A model generated the notes under the pieces. That model searched no databases and was not told the DNA's origin. It worked only from the letters and a program-made list of their open reading frames with translations. From contig NC_057725.1 in NCBI RefSeq assembly GCF_004010195.1, positions 27,179,796 through 27,243,795 on the forward strand: a stretch of 64,000 nucleotides of DNA, in the 5' to 3' direction. The stretch comes from Chiloscyllium plagiosum (lineage: Eukaryota). The position numbers and the translations under genes are program-made. Positions 63,516 through 64,000 of the stretch are shown in pieces. The number at the start of each line of letters is the position of its first letter. The stretch's first letter is position 1.

Positions 63516-64000
63516 CAGCTTTGTATTCTTAACCTGCTGATACTTCTGAATTGAAGTATAATAGTCTCTTTACTTCAACTTCTAGATAAGGTTGGATGTT
63601 TCCACTTACCCTTTATGGATATATTTCTGGTGCATTAGATGTTTTCACAGCTAAGTTCTGGAAAACTGCTGTTTACTCAGCATTATTTCTTTCACTGATA
63701 CTGACAATTCTGTTTTGAGTGATAGTGGATTGAAACCTTCTTTGACGATAAGAACAAAAATCATTTTGATCAGTTCTGTAGACTCTGTAACGTCCTTATG
63801 GTAACATAGATAATCATAAGGTTTTTTTCTTCTGTTTGGGTTCCAAACCATTAGTATAGAAAACACTAACATTCTTTACTAATTGACCCTTAACCATTTG
63901 GTCCACAGTAGTTTGTTTCAGGAGCTGTGGTCTTGGGGAACTAATTGAATTCCTTACGTTATCTTAAAGATGTTGAGGTCAAGGCATGCATTCAGGCTGA

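Noticed and set aside
1-64000. CRISPR arrays, operons or prokaryotic systems
   Set aside because: No regularly spaced direct repeats or gene-dense structure; the content is vertebrate TE-derived.

Overview
Eukaryotic, AT-rich, repeat-dense DNA. It is most likely from a shark (elasmobranch), because HE1/V-type SINEs, DeuSINE-like SINEs and CR1-clade LINEs dominate. I found no host exon, tRNA or rRNA gene that I can support, so this looks like a long intron or intergenic region. Every ORF with recognisable protein content is a decayed retroelement fragment: CR1 reverse transcriptase (RT), Penelope RT and GIY-YIG endonuclease, Tx1/L1, Rex1/Babar. There is one assembly gap (48592-48913). The most striking signal is a set of Penelope-like element (PLE) remnants from at least three families. 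Their terminal repeats (pLTRs) carry minimal type I hammerhead-ribozyme motifs (CUGAnGA-stem-GAAAC-GUH). Several inserted as near-perfect fold-back hairpins with 13-15 bp target-site duplications (TSDs), and two independent hairpins turn at the same point of the ribozyme core. A 110 bp inverted repeat (108/110 identical) built from an old, diverged pLTR brackets a 763 bp spacer. Family names come from motif recognition and memory, not database searches. Boundaries of old repeats are approximate (tens of bp); TSD and hairpin coordinates were read base by base.
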